DNA of 64,000 bases from Chloroflexota bacterium (GTDB lineage: Bacteria; Chloroflexota; UBA11872; VXOZ01): contig OZ244922.1 of assembly GCA_965221905.1 (NCBI GenBank), positions 608,001 through 672,000 of the forward strand, read 5' to 3'. The notes beneath the pieces were generated by a model, which searched no databases, had not been told where the DNA came from, and saw only the letters and a list, made by a program, of their open reading frames with translations. Positions 62,028-64,000 of this stretch are shown in pieces. Each line of letters begins with the position of its first letter. Position 1 is the stretch's first letter. A program made the position numbers and the translations under genes.

Positions 62028-62601
62028 ATGCCCATTCAGATTGTCGAACAGTCCCCGGCTCTGCTGGGAAGCTACGGCGACATTCCCATCTCGTTCACCG
62101 TCGATTCGCAATATCAAGTCGAGGCCCTTGACCGAGGACGAGGCGGCTGGCGGCTTACGGTGGAGCGAGTAAGGCCGCCGTACGTTAGAGACTATGATGA
62201 AGGCGGCGAACGCCCTCTCCGGTGGCTGAAACGCTGGGAACTTGCGAATTGGGCGGTCCTGGCAGCCATGAGGAATGGGTCGCGGCTTGGCGGAGCCGTC
62301 GTCGCCTGGAATACGCCCGGCGTAGATATGCTGGAGGGACGCGACAATCTGGCGGTGCTTTGGGACGTACGCGTTCATCCGGACTACCGCAGAGAGGGTG
62401 TAGGCTCTCGATTGTTCCAACATGCCGCCGCATGGGCGCGGGGCCAAGAGATGTCGGCAACTCAAGATCGAGACGCAGAACATCAACGTGCGGGCGTGCA
62501 AGTTCTATGCCAAGCAGGGCTGCTATCTGGGGGCGGTACACCCCGGCGCTTACCCTGAGTTCCCCGATGAAGTCCAGCTACTCTGGTTTCTAGACCTCTA
62601 A
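62028..62601 (+). pseudogene. GNAT acetyltransferase (streptothricin acetyltransferase-like) with frameshift
   Basis: VHPDYRREGVG continues in another frame as KIETQNINVRACKFYAKQGC...LLWFLDL*; one extra G in GGGG 62440-62443. Confidence 0.82.
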
Positions 62602-62763
62602 GAGGGTGTTTCCAAAGGTGTTGTCTGCACGAGTAACGTTCGCCCCCGTATCGTTTCGATACGCTGTATCGAGGTACGGGGCAGGCTCTGAGCTTGTCGA
62701 AGGGCAGTTCATACTTCGACAGGCTCAGCACGAACGGTTTTCATGGGCTTTGCAAACACCCTC
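62602..62763. mobile_element. 162-bp MITE with 16-bp terminal inverted repeats and TAA duplication
   Basis: TAA|GAGGGTGTTTCCAAAG...CTTTGCAAACACCCTC|TAA (15/16 match). Confidence 0.78.
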
Positions 62764-62940
62764 TAAGTGATTCCGCGCACACGCACTTTTCCGCTACCTA
62801 GAATCGGCTGCAGGACTGACCCCATTGCCGGACGCGCTCCGAATCTCGTGTTCAAGCTTGACGGACTTTTGCTGGCTCTGGGGGCAGATGCAAATTCTAG
62901 GCGGCACTCCAAAGCCTAACGAGCTACATCGGCCTTCACC

Positions 62941-63486
62941 TTACTCAACAGCGATCTCGGTGATGTCTTTCCAGCCGTAGGCCACCTCAATAATGTCTGT
63001 GCCGCCAATCGTGATGGTTTTTTGCTCGACGTACTCTCCTCCCATCAATTCGTAGAAATGGCGGGCCGGGTGATTGTCCTGGAGCACCCAAAGCAGCATT
63101 GAATCGAATCCGTTTGTAAGCAATTGCTGGGCCGCAGCCGAAAAGAGGAGACGGCCGACGCCCTTTCGCTGATGCTCTTCCAAGACGTAAATAGCGAATA
63201 TTTCTCCGCGGTAGAGCGGCTTACCTTCTCGTTCCGGGGCGCAATATGCGAAGCCAACTATCTCGCCCCCATCGGTCTCGGCAACAAGCATGCTTGCACC
63301 GGGTCGGTCTGCCGAGATGGCCTGGCTCCAATTTGACTCGCTATTGGCGTACGCGAGGTCGGCCAGGAAATCGGCCGGCAAGATCCCTGCATACGTGGTC
63401 CGCCACGTGTCTACGTGGACTCGTGCTATGGCGCCAGCATCCGTTGGGCCGGCCTCTCGGATGGTTATTTCCACGCCATTATTCAT
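62941..63486 (-). CDS. GNAT family N-acetyltransferase
   Basis: HVDTWRTTYAG, IYVLEEHQRKGVG, LWVLQDN..ARHFYE. Confidence 0.93.
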   Translation of the reverse strand: MNNGVEITIREAGPTDAGAIARVHVDTWRTTYAGILPADFLADLAYANSESNWSQAISADRPGASMLVAETDGGEIVGFAYCAPEREGKPLYRGEIFAIYVLEEHQRKGVGRLLFSAAAQQLLTNGFDSMLLWVLQDNHPARHFYELMGGEYVEQKTITIGGTDIIEVAYGWKDITEIAVE

Positions 63487-64000
63487 TCCGTCACGGTCAA
63501 GGCGCCGCCGAGCGTTTCGCCGCGATGCTCAGGACGGTAATACGAGTAGACCTGGGAGACTACCTCTTTGGCCCGCACGGGGTATTTCGCTCGTGCTTGG
63601 AATGCAAAGGTGAATGTCTGCCCGGCCTGCATGGTGTCGATGTAGAGAATGACCTTGCGGCCTGCAATCTCGAAGCGCTTGAGGTTTTCGTATTCGTCGA
63701 CGAGGGCTGCCACCGTTTCACGCACCGGCTCAAAGCCTGTCGGCACGGCCACGTCGAGGACGACCATGCCGGCTTCGATCTGTTGGGGAGGCGTGAAGGT
63801 GATGGAGGCGGATACGGTAATGAGATCGTCAACCGCGACATGCTCGGTACCGTAATCCACAGTGATCTCAAACACGTCCGGTATTTCCGTTTGCCGCTCC
63901 GGCACGTTGTAGCGCAGGACCGATTGCAGGACCGCAGTACCTCTGCCGGCGGCTGTCATGACTACCGTGTTACCGAGCGGGACCTGCACGATCTGCATCA
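63483..64000 (-). CDS. Alpha-2-macroglobulin/TEP family protein, C-terminal receptor-binding domain (gene starts beyond the window)
   Basis: G.G..VLQ...RYNV, GMVVLDVAVPTGF, KRFE....VILYID, VYSYYRPE. Confidence 0.85.
   Translation of the reverse strand, partial: MQIVQVPLGNTVVMTAAGRGTAVLQSVLRYNVPERQTEIPDVFEITVDYGTEHVAVDDLITVSASITFTPPQQIEAGMVVLDVAVPTGFEPVRETVAALVDEYENLKRFEIAGRKVILYIDTMQAGQTFTFAFQARAKYPVRAKEVVSQVYSYYRPEHRGETLGGALTVTE

Overview
GC-rich bacterial chromosomal segment; gene content and codon style suggest Chloroflexota, possibly host- or sponge-associated (inference only). Housekeeping genes (tyrS, ispE, pabB/pabC-like, mrp/apbC, comEA, dksA/traR-like, tRNA-Val(CAC)) are interleaved with catabolic enzymes (two gluconolactonases, SDR, three Gfo/Idh/MocA, two Thr-type sulfatase-like hydrolases, GMC oxidoreductase, tartrate dehydrogenase, amidases), a branched-chain amino acid-type ABC operon and three tandem cytochrome c lipoproteins. 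There are also AT-richer accessory inserts: a TPR-repeat gene, an overlapping ~221 aa + 970 aa gene pair, and an ABC-ATPase + DUF4276 pair. The best-supported highlight is a complete IS110 element (29183-30336) inserted in a REP-like palindrome. Its CT core, circle-junction promoter and bridge-RNA target and donor guides can all be read directly from the sequence. The strongest candidates for an undescribed system are the overlapping HEPN-like + alpha-solenoid gene pair (32916-36465) and an NCS2 permease fused to a degenerate RsbW-like domain. Intergenic DNA is rich in nested palindromic repeats, a TAA-flanked MITE and clusters of CTAG. No database searches were run; family calls come from motif recognition.
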